Assembly (NCBI GenBank): GCA_045106415.1
Contig: JBGCEP010000030.1
Location: 11,921 to 75,920 of the forward strand
Length of the DNA: 64,000 bases
Direction: 5' to 3'
DNA from: Oligoflexales bacterium
GTDB taxonomy: Bacteria > Bdellovibrionota_B > Oligoflexia > Oligoflexales > Bog-1112
In this document: one piece after another, positions 1 to 7,705 of the stretch
Layout: each line of letters starts with the position of its first letter
Numbering within the stretch: the first letter of the stretch is position 1
Made by a program: the position numbers and the translations under genes
Notes under the pieces: model-generated
Database searches by the model: none
What the model was told of the DNA's origin: nothing
The model's input: only the letters and a program-made list of their open reading frames with translations

Positions 1-585
1 ATTTTCTTGATCTAGAATCCAACGAATACGTGCAACAGCATCATGTTGGCTCATTTTTTTTAAATGAAAAGTTTGACAACGACCAATGACAGTTTTTGGA
101 ACTTTATGAAGTTCAGTCGTAGCAAGTATAAAAATAGCGTGAGCAGGTGGCTCTTCTAATGTTTTCAAAAGAGCATTGAAAGCATTCACAGAAAGCATGT
201 GAACTTCATCAATAATATAAACACGGAAGCGTGAACGCTGAGGCTTATAGTACACGCTCTCTAAAAGAGAGCGAACTTCATCCACACCATTGTTCGAAGC
301 CCCATCGACTTCTTGAACATCTTCATGAACACCACGAGCAATTGCGACACAACTATCACAACTCCCACAAGGCTCACCCTCCTGGGCAAGAGTGCAATTT
401 AACGCTTTTGCATAAATACGAGCCGAAGTGGTCTTACCAATCCCACGTACCCCAGAAAAAATAACACCGTGCGCGTAACGACCCAACTTCACAGAATTCT
501 GAAGAGCTCGTACAGCAATATCTTGGCCAACAAGATCAGAAAAACAATTTGGACGATATTTGATGGCAATGGTTTGATAAGACAA
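1..585 (-). CDS. dnaX: DNA polymerase III subunit gamma/tau, N-terminal part (3' end runs off the window)
   Basis: Not in the ORF track because it is open at the window edge. My minus-strand translation from TTG 585 reads MSYQTIAIKYRPNCFSDLVGQ..GVRGIGKTTSARIYAKALNC..CGSCDSC..IIDEVHMLS..LLKTLEEPP. It has a Walker A, a Cys cluster and a DEVH box typical of the clamp loader. GGAG lies 5 nt upstream of the TTG. The N-terminus matches the MSYQ..RKWRP pattern of DnaX. Confidence 0.9.
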   Translation of the reverse strand, partial: MSYQTIAIKYRPNCFSDLVGQDIAVRALQNSVKLGRYAHGVIFSGVRGIGKTTSARIYAKALNCTLAQEGEPCGSCDSCVAIARGVHEDVQEVDGASNNGVDEVRSLLESVYYKPQRSRFRVYIIDEVHMLSVNAFNALLKTLEEPPAHAIFILATTELHKVPKTVIGRCQTFHLKKMSQHDAVARIRWILDQEN

Positions 586-610
586 AGAAGACTCCAAAAC
601 AAGAAACCCA

Positions 611-718
611 CAGTGATAACCAGATGATCCAAACACCTGGTCAAGCTACTACCGTTGCTGCCTTCCGGCTCTGGCGGGATTCATAACCGACCACCATCTG
701 GGATCTGGTTATCACTCT
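611..718 (-). ncRNA. ffs: Signal recognition particle RNA, small (4.5S) type; ends approximate
   Basis: The minus strand reads GUGAUAACCAGAUC...CCAGAGCC-GGAA-GGCAGCAACGG...GAUCAUCUGGUUAUCAC. A long terminal helix (613-626 pairs with 699-715) closes on the conserved domain IV motif. That motif is a GGAA tetraloop with an AGCA loop on the 3' side (compare E. coli GGUCC-GGAA-GGAAGCAGCC). It lies immediately upstream of dnaX. Confidence 0.75.
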
Positions 719-792
719 AGGTTCCCTGCTAACAGGAGAATTACTCTTATCAAACGAAAGCCGAGTTGCACAAGAGAAAACTCAACTTTCTC

Positions 793-2292
793 TTAAGAAC
801 GCTTCTTTTGATTTGCCAACTGTAAAGCTTGAGCAAGAGCTCCACCCGCAGAAGAAGACACAACAGCCTTATTTGCTTGGCGCTTAAGGTAGTCTTCAAA
901 ATCAGACTTCGCTTGATCATCTGCCTCTAAGCCAGGAAGCGTTAAGCGAATTTTTCTTTCTTTCGCATCAATAGCTGCAACTTCAACATCCACAGAAAGA
1001 CCTGCTTGTGATTTTTTACGGTAAGCAGCACCCCAGGCTTCTCTCAATACAGAGATAGGCAGCAAAGCATTCACACCTGCTTTAAGCTCAATCAAAGCTC
1101 CGAAAGACTTTAAGCTTTCGACAACACCAGTGTATTTTTGTCCAATTTTAAACTCCTGCTTAACCTCAGACCAAGGGTCTTGATCCGCAGACTTCATAGA
1201 TAAGCTCACTCGTTTTTGTTGCTTATCCACTTCAAGCACTCGAACATCTACTCTTTGACCAACAGTAAGAACATCCTCAGCCTTGACAACTCTTTTTTCC
1301 CAAGACATTTCAGAAAGATGTATCAATCCCTCAAGGCCTGCTTCAATTTCAGCAAAAGCTCCAAATTTTGTAAGGCGAGTCACTGTCGCTGAGACCTGAT
1401 CACCTGTTTGGAGTTGTATTTGAGTCCAAGGGTCTTCCTCAAGAGCTTTACGGCTTAAAGAAACTCGAGGTCGATCGCCACTTTCATCAATAGATAAAAC
1501 CTGAATTCGAATCTTTTCCCCTAAGGAGACAAGTTCGTTCAGCGGCCGACGGCTATGACTTGCTTCTGAGACATGCATCATGCCTGTCAAACCACCAAGA
1601 TCGACCATAGCGCCATAGTCACGAATCTCTTCTACTGTCCCTGAAGTAACATAAGGACCTGCAGTAAGAGCTTCCTTTATATCTTCAATTTGCTTTTTAA
1701 TCAGAGTTTGAAGAAGACGAGCGCGAGACACAACAATGTTTCGACGATCAAACTTTTCTATCAAAAATTCGAAAGTTTTTCCGAGATAAGCTTCCTGGTC
1801 TTTTACAAACTTACTATCTATTTGAGAAATCGGACAAAAAGCCGTCTTACCAGCAAAATGAACTTCAAACCCACCTTTTATAATTTTTTCAACTCGACCT
1901 TTAACAGGCAAACCATTCTGATACGCTGTCTCAAAAGTTTTATCTCGACTAGCTCCAGCAGAAAGATTTAATGACACAACCAATTCATCTTCAGTTTTTT
2001 CTGCGACATAGACAGCAAGGCGTTGCCCCACATCCAAACCTTTTAGCTGCTCTGGAGTGAGTGCTGAGCGACTCATAGCTGCGGAGGTCTGGGCCACAGT
2101 TTCTAATAAGATATCTTCTCGGCCCATTTTAACAATCGTCGCAAAAACGCGATCACCAGGCCTTAAATCATTGTCATCACCGGTTTCTTGAGAATCCATT
2201 TCAAGTAACATTTTCTCAAAGCTACCTGAAGAATCCTGATCTTGCTCGAGGTTATTATCATCCTCTTCCCAACGAATATCGAGTTTTGACAT
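793..2292 (-). CDS. Multi-S1-domain RNA-binding protein (ribosomal protein S1-like) with an acidic N-terminus
   Basis: ORF 793..2463 trimmed to ATG 2292 (MSKLDIRW...), because the upstream part overlaps tRNA-Ser. Repeated S1 OB-fold signatures are present (G.VV/G.V..I..FGAF.., e.g. VTRLTKFGAFAEI and VESLKSFGALIEL). Confidence 0.8.
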   Translation of the reverse strand: MSKLDIRWEEDDNNLEQDQDSSGSFEKMLLEMDSQETGDDNDLRPGDRVFATIVKMGREDILLETVAQTSAAMSRSALTPEQLKGLDVGQRLAVYVAEKTEDELVVSLNLSAGASRDKTFETAYQNGLPVKGRVEKIIKGGFEVHFAGKTAFCPISQIDSKFVKDQEAYLGKTFEFLIEKFDRRNIVVSRARLLQTLIKKQIEDIKEALTAGPYVTSGTVEEIRDYGAMVDLGGLTGMMHVSEASHSRRPLNELVSLGEKIRIQVLSIDESGDRPRVSLSRKALEEDPWTQIQLQTGDQVSATVTRLTKFGAFAEIEAGLEGLIHLSEMSWEKRVVKAEDVLTVGQRVDVRVLEVDKQQKRVSLSMKSADQDPWSEVKQEFKIGQKYTGVVESLKSFGALIELKAGVNALLPISVLREAWGAAYRKKSQAGLSVDVEVAAIDAKERKIRLTLPGLEADDQAKSDFEDYLKRQANKAVVSSSAGGALAQALQLANQKKRS

Positions 2293-2327
2293 GATGATTG
2301 CCTGATGTTTAGTGATTGTATAAAAGA

Positions 2328-2417
2328 TGGCGGAGAATGGGGGATTCGAACCCCCGATACGGTTCCCCGTATACCCGCTTTCCAAGCGAGCGCCTTCAGC
2401 CACTCGGCCAACTCTCC
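2328..2417 (-). tRNA. tRNA-Ser (anticodon GGA), CCA encoded
   Basis: Reverse complement is GGAGAGTTGGCCGAGTGGCTGAAGGCGCTCGCTTGGAAAGCGGGTATACGGGGAACCGTATCGGGGGTTCGAATCCCCCATTCTCCGCCA. It has a 7-bp acceptor stem, a TTGGAAA anticodon loop, a long variable arm and a GGTTCGAATCC T-arm. Confidence 0.95.
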
Positions 2418-2649
2418 TCAAAAAACTGCGAAATAACCACAGTGATGCGCAAACATATATCAAAATTTCAACGAAATCTAGTTCTTTTCAAGATCAAGCC
2501 TACGAAGGCTTTTATAAAAAGACAACAAAAAGGCTTTGTGAAAAAAGAAATAAATCCTTCTATAGATAAAGTTTTATCTAGCAAATTTGTCCATAATCTC
2601 TATTTTTTTTATACTCACCATTCTCTCTCAAACCATAACAGAGGCTGAC

Positions 2650-4392
2650 ATGCTCAAAAATCTGCTTGCCATTTTATTAATGCTCACTGAAATTTCATGC
2701 ACAACACCCGGAATCTACCCCTCCTCAACCTCCCGACCACGCAGAGATTATGTTGCCTACGGGTCTCAAGCTGCCATTTCCACAGCCCATCCTCTCGCTT
2801 CTCAAGCTGGATTAGCAATTTTAAAAGAAGGCGGTAACGCTGCTGATGCAGCAATCGCCGCTTCTTTTGTTATTTCTGTTGTTAGACCACACTCAACAGG
2901 ACTCGGAGGCGGCGGCTTCCTGCTGTATCATAACCCAGACTCAAAAGCTCTAGAAGCATGGGACTTTAGAGAAAGAGCTCCTTCCGCATCACAGAAGGAC
3001 ATGTTTCTCACTCAAGAAAAAAAATCTAAAGATTATTCTTATAAAGGACAAAGTCTTAAGCACGCGTCACAGAATGGCCCTTTATCTGTCGGAACACCTG
3101 GCCTAATCTCGGGGCTTTTAAAATTTTATCACGAACACGCGTCTATGCCTCTCGCTCGCTTAATGTCTGATGCAATCGCGATAGCAGAAAACGGTTTTCC
3201 TGTCTACCCATCCCTTGAAGCAGCTCTAAAAAAACGACAAGATGCTATCTTCTTTTTTCCTGCTTCTCAAAAGATTTTTGCACCAAACAGATCTCTTTTA
3301 ACAACAGGTGATTTGCTCATTCAAAAGGACCTCGGAAAAACCTTAAGAGCCATCCAGTCACAAGGAGCAGATGTTTTTTATCGAGGTTGGATTGCTAAAA
3401 AAATCACCCAGGACATTCAAAAATATGGCGGTATTTTATCCCCAAGAGATTTCATAACATACACAACTCGAACAAGCTCGCCACTGATAGGCACCTACAA
3501 AGGCTACACTATCGCTTCTATGCCATTGCCTTCTTCAGGCGGAATCCATCTGATACAAATGCTAAACATGTTAGAAGACGACACATTCAACACTAAAGAA
3601 CCCATGCACTATGAAAATTTGCATATTATAGCAGAGACGATGAAAAGAGCCTACGCAGATCGCGCTCATTATCTTGGAGACCCTTTGTTTGTTAAGGTTC
3701 CAACAAATAGTTTAATTTCAAAAGCATATGCAAAAAAATTAAGACAATCTATTCAAAAAGACGCAACACCAGCAGATCAGATTCACAACGGGTCTTTTCC
3801 TATTGAACCAACAACAACAACTCACATTTCTGTTGTTGATGCATGGGGAAAAGGAGTGTCTACTACTCAGACCATCAATGGGTATTTTGGGTCTGGGATG
3901 GTTGCCGAAGGAACAGGTATCGTCCTCAACAATGAGATGGATGACTTCACAGTTCATCCTAATATCCCCAATTTATTTGGACTTATGGGGAATGAAAAAA
4001 ATGAAATAGCCCCGAAAAAAACAATGTTATCTTCGATGACGCCTACAATGGTTTTTGATCAGAAAGGGTCTCTTCATCTTCTTGCAGGATCTCCTGGGGG
4101 ATCAAGGATTATTAATGCAACGTTTTGGACGATTTTCAACGCTCTCTCGCACAAAATGACACTCGCTGACGCCGTCCACAAATCACGTATTCATCACCAA
4201 TGGAAACCTGATACGATTTATCATGAATTAGATTTATTACCAAAAGAGACAATTCAAAAATTACAAGAAAAAGGACACACCCTCAAAAGCACAAGAGCCA
4301 TAGGAGACGTTCAAGCAATTATGAAGCGTCCCGACGGCTCTTGGACGGCTGTGTCAGATACAAGATCCGACGGTCAGCCTCTTGCTTTTTAA
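2650..4392 (+). CDS. ggt: Gamma-glutamyltranspeptidase, probable lipoprotein or periplasmic
   Basis: ORF 2587..4392 with the start moved to ATG 2650 (GAGG upstream; MLKNLLAILLMLTEISC signal). GGT family motifs are present: GGGGFLL, the catalytic-Thr region PTTTTHISVVD, and GSPGGSRII. Confidence 0.9.
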   Translation: MLKNLLAILLMLTEISCTTPGIYPSSTSRPRRDYVAYGSQAAISTAHPLASQAGLAILKEGGNAADAAIAASFVISVVRPHSTGLGGGGFLLYHNPDSKALEAWDFRERAPSASQKDMFLTQEKKSKDYSYKGQSLKHASQNGPLSVGTPGLISGLLKFYHEHASMPLARLMSDAIAIAENGFPVYPSLEAALKKRQDAIFFFPASQKIFAPNRSLLTTGDLLIQKDLGKTLRAIQSQGADVFYRGWIAKKITQDIQKYGGILSPRDFITYTTRTSSPLIGTYKGYTIASMPLPSSGGIHLIQMLNMLEDDTFNTKEPMHYENLHIIAETMKRAYADRAHYLGDPLFVKVPTNSLISKAYAKKLRQSIQKDATPADQIHNGSFPIEPTTTTHISVVDAWGKGVSTTQTINGYFGSGMVAEGTGIVLNNEMDDFTVHPNIPNLFGLMGNEKNEIAPKKTMLSSMTPTMVFDQKGSLHLLAGSPGGSRIINATFWTIFNALSHKMTLADAVHKSRIHHQWKPDTIYHELDLLPKETIQKLQEKGHTLKSTRAIGDVQAIMKRPDGSWTAVSDTRSDGQPLAF

Positions 4393-4393
4393 C

Positions 4394-4741
4394 TTACAAA
4401 GGCTTAAAAACCGCAAAATAAACAGTGATTGTACCTAAAGCAATCACTGCTCCTAATGATTTCAACGAATTTATTCGCCTCATCATTACCATTGCTCCAC
4501 CTAAAACAAACCACATTGCTGTTTTCAATATCACCCATGGAGATGATGAAATTCCAAGGCGAGCAGCCATACCAAAACCACCGACAAGAGCTAAAATCAT
4601 CCCAAAACCATGAGTCATCGCCAAAGCTCTAAACCCATCATCCGTTTTTGAACGCCCAACTGCATACCAACAACCCAAAGCACCTAGTGACGTAAAAATC
4701 GCAATTAAACCTGAAAAATGTAAAAATCGATAAACTTCCAT
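4394..4741 (-). CDS. Small integral membrane protein (about 4 TM segments), function unknown
   Basis: ORF 4394..4825. ATG 4741 is preceded by GAGGTGGTT. The product is hydrophobic with Gly-rich helices (MEVYRFLHFSGLIAIF..GFGMILALVGGFGMAA..). Confidence 0.55.
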   Translation of the reverse strand: MEVYRFLHFSGLIAIFTSLGALGCWYAVGRSKTDDGFRALAMTHGFGMILALVGGFGMAARLGISSSPWVILKTAMWFVLGGAMVMMRRINSLKSLGAVIALGTITVYFAVFKPL

Positions 4742-4864
4742 AACCACCTCTGCAAAATGAATGCTTTGATGACTATCATTCAGCAAACCTAAAAACAATT
4801 CTTCTTTTTTAAACAGACATTTCACTATAAATAAATCAACACTCTACTTATACTTTTCCAAAAT

Positions 4865-5893
4865 TCACTTTTTCGTACGACTCACAGGCACAATCGTTCC
4901 TGGTATAGCAGGGTCGTAGCTTTTCGCTTCAGTGTGACCTTTTGAGTCTTCACCATCTTTTAAGGCATCTGAAGCTTTTGCAAAAAAACTTGAAAAAGCA
5001 TTCCCTATTCGAGTCGTCACTCTCGCTGATTTAGATTGATATGGATTTTCATGAAATTCACCGATATCCCCATTGTCGTTCACATCCCAGTAACCTAAAA
5101 TTTGATCAGGACTCACTCTTCCCTTAAGAGCCGCTCGCTTTGTTTTATGAAGCTCATCGCTATTCTTATCGAGATCTACACCCTGCACATCGTCTTTAGT
5201 CTGAAAACTAAAAACTACTTTTCCACCACCTTTCACAAAACGACCTTCATCAAAAGAGGCATCAGCAAGCGCAGACTGAACGCTCAAACGCCCTGTGACA
5301 TAGACATTTTTATCTTCTTTAGTTTTCTTTTTATGTTTTAGTTTACCACTATCGTCAAAACCAACAGGGTCTGCATCAAAACCATTCAACATTTTATTTT
5401 GAATATCTTTTCTATTTTTCATTCTTGCTCCCCGGAAAATTTTCTTTCCAGAGGGAATCTTCGCTTCATTTTTTACATTAACATCTATATCTTTCTGATT
5501 TTTTTTCTTTCTAGAATCATCAACACTACAACTGCTCGCTAAAGTTAAACATGTTGAAGACTTCTCTTTTTCACGAAGTTCTTTCTTTTTCTTTGCTTTT
5601 TTATTTTTTTTCTTTTTCTGAGCTATTTTTTTTCTCTTTTTTTTCTTGTCATTAGCAAGAAAAAGACTTAAGTCCTTTTCTTTGTCGTCAAAAGCATCAA
5701 GATCATTAAGTTTTGTCACCAGAATAATTTCAGCAGCCGATGACTCCGACCCTTCTTGAATAAGAGCCAATAACTTTGGATCTGTTGTCTCCGAATTTAA
5801 ACGAATATATAACGCAGATTCTTCAGCACTATAGTGCTCGCTCTTTTTAGTAGAACCACAAGACACTAAAAATATAAAAATAATCCACTTCAT
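4865..5893 (-). CDS. Lysine-rich secreted lipoprotein, function unknown
   Basis: ORF 4865..5947 trimmed to ATG 5893 (GGGGGA SD). The signal MKWIIFIFLVSCGS contains a lipobox. There is an extreme Lys tract, DKKKKRKKIAQKKKKNKKAKKKK. Confidence 0.6.
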   Translation of the reverse strand: MKWIIFIFLVSCGSTKKSEHYSAEESALYIRLNSETTDPKLLALIQEGSESSAAEIILVTKLNDLDAFDDKEKDLSLFLANDKKKKRKKIAQKKKKNKKAKKKKELREKEKSSTCLTLASSCSVDDSRKKKNQKDIDVNVKNEAKIPSGKKIFRGARMKNRKDIQNKMLNGFDADPVGFDDSGKLKHKKKTKEDKNVYVTGRLSVQSALADASFDEGRFVKGGGKVVFSFQTKDDVQGVDLDKNSDELHKTKRAALKGRVSPDQILGYWDVNDNGDIGEFHENPYQSKSARVTTRIGNAFSSFFAKASDALKDGEDSKGHTEAKSYDPAIPGTIVPVSRTKK

Positions 5894-6469
5894 ACTTGAT
5901 TCCCCCAGACAGCGTCCGCAATACGTATCGGGACCAAGAAAGAACAACTTTAAAAAAAATTTTTAATGTTGGATTTTCAGATGATTACACACAAAAAATC
6001 CCGAATCGGTTCATTAGAACTGTTACCCAAAGTGGTTCATCAAGAAATCTTAATAAGAAATGTTTAAATAAAAGAAGAAATCGCACAAAAAATCTCAAAC
6101 AGGGTGATATTAATTTGTGGACAAGAAACAACTCACTTTGCTCGTATGAGAAAAGTGAAATTATCTTCGATAAAGCAAAAAAATTATTTGAAATCTGTAT
6201 GAACATATTGAAGATTAACTTCTTTTAGCTTTTAGGCAATATTCTCTTCATTTTTCGTTGGGAGGAAAAAACTAAAAACATCTCTGAATCTAGATAAAGG
6301 AACATTGCCTTTATAGTCAACAAGATCCAAACCTTGCATTTTTCTTCGAACCAAACGGAGACCTAGACTTATTACAGAAGCAATATCCCGCCTTGTTTAT
6401 TCTTATCTGATCTGGGTCTATTTTGGCCTCTCCTAGTTATTGGGGTGTCTAGGCCAAATGGAGGTCACG

Positions 6470-6490
6470 TTTATAGATGAAATCTATAAA
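6470..6490. repeat. Perfect 9-bp inverted repeat TTTATAGAT-gaa-ATCTATAAA, 50 nt upstream of the glycosyltransferase start
   Basis: Read directly. It could be an operator or an AT-rich hairpin. Its function is unknown. Confidence 0.5.
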
Positions 6491-6539
6491 AGAAGAGAAA
6501 ATATATGATATATCTTAAACATCACAATGGAGAAACAAC

Positions 6540-7655
6540 ATGCATATCCTGCACCTTGTCCCATCAAAAAGTTGGAGAGGCGGTGAAAACCAAGTCTCGA
6601 CACTTGCGCAAGGACTTTTAAAACAAGGAATCCAAACAACCGTCGCAACACCAAAAGACAGTCTTTTTACATCAAAATCACCACATATTCCTCTTATTCA
6701 CTTACCTAAGCTGTCCCCTTATGGGCTTTGGACTATTTTAAAATTCATTCGCGATGAAAAAGTCACGCATATTGATGTCCATTCTTCTCATGCCCACAAC
6801 TGGGGCTTGCTTCTTAAAATATTCAATCAAAACCTAGTTTTGATTGTACACAGGCGAGTGGACAACCCTCCAAACCATGCTCTTAAATACAAAACACAAC
6901 TCATTGATCACTACGTCCCTATTTCAGAAGCAATCCAAAATGTTTTACTTAAAACTGGGATACCAAAACATAGAATGAGTGTTATTCATAGCGCCACTGA
7001 CAGTGAAAAATTCCTCTCCATCGATCCCTGCATATCACGAGCAAACCTTGTAGACTTCTGTAACATCCCTGCTCACAGCCAGATTGTTGGTACAACAGCT
7101 GCTTTAAGTCCTCAAAAAGGGATAGATACTCTGCTTGAAGCTATTGCCATACTTAAAAAAGACCACCCCTTACTTCACATTTGCATTGCTGGTGATGGCG
7201 CCTTGAGGCAAAGCCTTGAAGAAAAAACTCATGCTTTAAAAATAACAAAACACGTTACTTTTATGGGATGGGTCGAAGACACATCTGATTTTTTAAGCGC
7301 ACTTGATATTTTTGCGCTGCCTTCAAACAACGAAGGACTTGGAACATCTATACTCGATGCTTTCCATGCAAAAAAATGCGTTGTAGCAACACAAGTCGGC
7401 GGCATACCAGAAATGGTTAAGCCTATGAAGACAGGTTTACTTGTTCCATCGAAAAACCCTGCAGAGCTAGCAAAGGCACTAGATACTGTTCTTCAAGATG
7501 ACCATTTGCGCCAAAGACTAGCAGTTGGCGGCCACCAACTCGTAGAGTCTCTTTTCACAAAAGAATTAATGATTCGCAAGAATATAGAAATCTACAACCG
7601 GATCCAATCCTTAAAACTTTCCAAACCTAGCCTCAAATTAAAACAATCAAAATAA
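6540..7655 (+). CDS. Glycosyltransferase, GT4 (GT-B fold) family
   Basis: 371-aa ORF with GGAGAA SD. The N-terminus reads GGENQV. The C-terminal part, PSNNEGLGTSILDAFHAKKCVVATQVGGIPEMV, is the E-x7-E type GT4 motif. Confidence 0.8.
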   Translation: MHILHLVPSKSWRGGENQVSTLAQGLLKQGIQTTVATPKDSLFTSKSPHIPLIHLPKLSPYGLWTILKFIRDEKVTHIDVHSSHAHNWGLLLKIFNQNLVLIVHRRVDNPPNHALKYKTQLIDHYVPISEAIQNVLLKTGIPKHRMSVIHSATDSEKFLSIDPCISRANLVDFCNIPAHSQIVGTTAALSPQKGIDTLLEAIAILKKDHPLLHICIAGDGALRQSLEEKTHALKITKHVTFMGWVEDTSDFLSALDIFALPSNNEGLGTSILDAFHAKKCVVATQVGGIPEMVKPMKTGLLVPSKNPAELAKALDTVLQDDHLRQRLAVGGHQLVESLFTKELMIRKNIEIYNRIQSLKLSKPSLKLKQSK

Positions 7656-7685
7656 AAGAGAGCTTCAAAAAAGAAGCTCTCTTTT
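7654..7685. terminator. Bidirectional intrinsic terminator between the convergent GT4 gene and sucA
   Basis: Perfect 13-bp stem AAAAGAGAGCTTC-aaaaaa-GAAGCTCTCTTTT with A/T runs on both sides. Confidence 0.7.
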
Positions 7686-7705
7686 ACAAAAAAACTTGTT
7701 TTCAT

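Noticed and set aside
2328-2417. tRNA genes (2328-2417 and 52591-52667) as integration sites of mobile elements.
   Set aside because: There is no integrase, no direct repeat of the tRNA 3' end, and no phage or transposon gene nearby. The flanking genes are housekeeping genes.
2496-2511. Small hairpin AAGCCT-acga-AGGCTT upstream of ggt as a terminator or riboswitch element.
   Set aside because: The stem is only 6 bp, no gene upstream needs termination there, and I recognise no riboswitch consensus.
2163-2648. N-terminal extension of ORF 793..2463, plus ORFs 2163..2411(-), 2316..2648(+) and 2327..2569(+).
   Set aside because: They read through or across the tRNA-Ser gene (2328-2417). The peptides are translations of tRNA sequence (for example GDSNPR from GGATTCGAACCC). 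The S1 gene has a clean ATG at 2292.
5560-5660. The Lys-coding A/T runs and the (GAA)13 tract as CRISPR-like or satellite arrays.
   Set aside because: Both are in-frame low-complexity coding sequence. There is no repeat-spacer architecture anywhere in the window.
5896-6228. ORFs 5896..6228(+) and 5985..6206(-) as genes.
   Set aside because: They overlap each other, are AT-rich and low-complexity (Lys, Asn, Phe, Ile), and lack an SD. I treated them as non-coding; see the intergenic finding.
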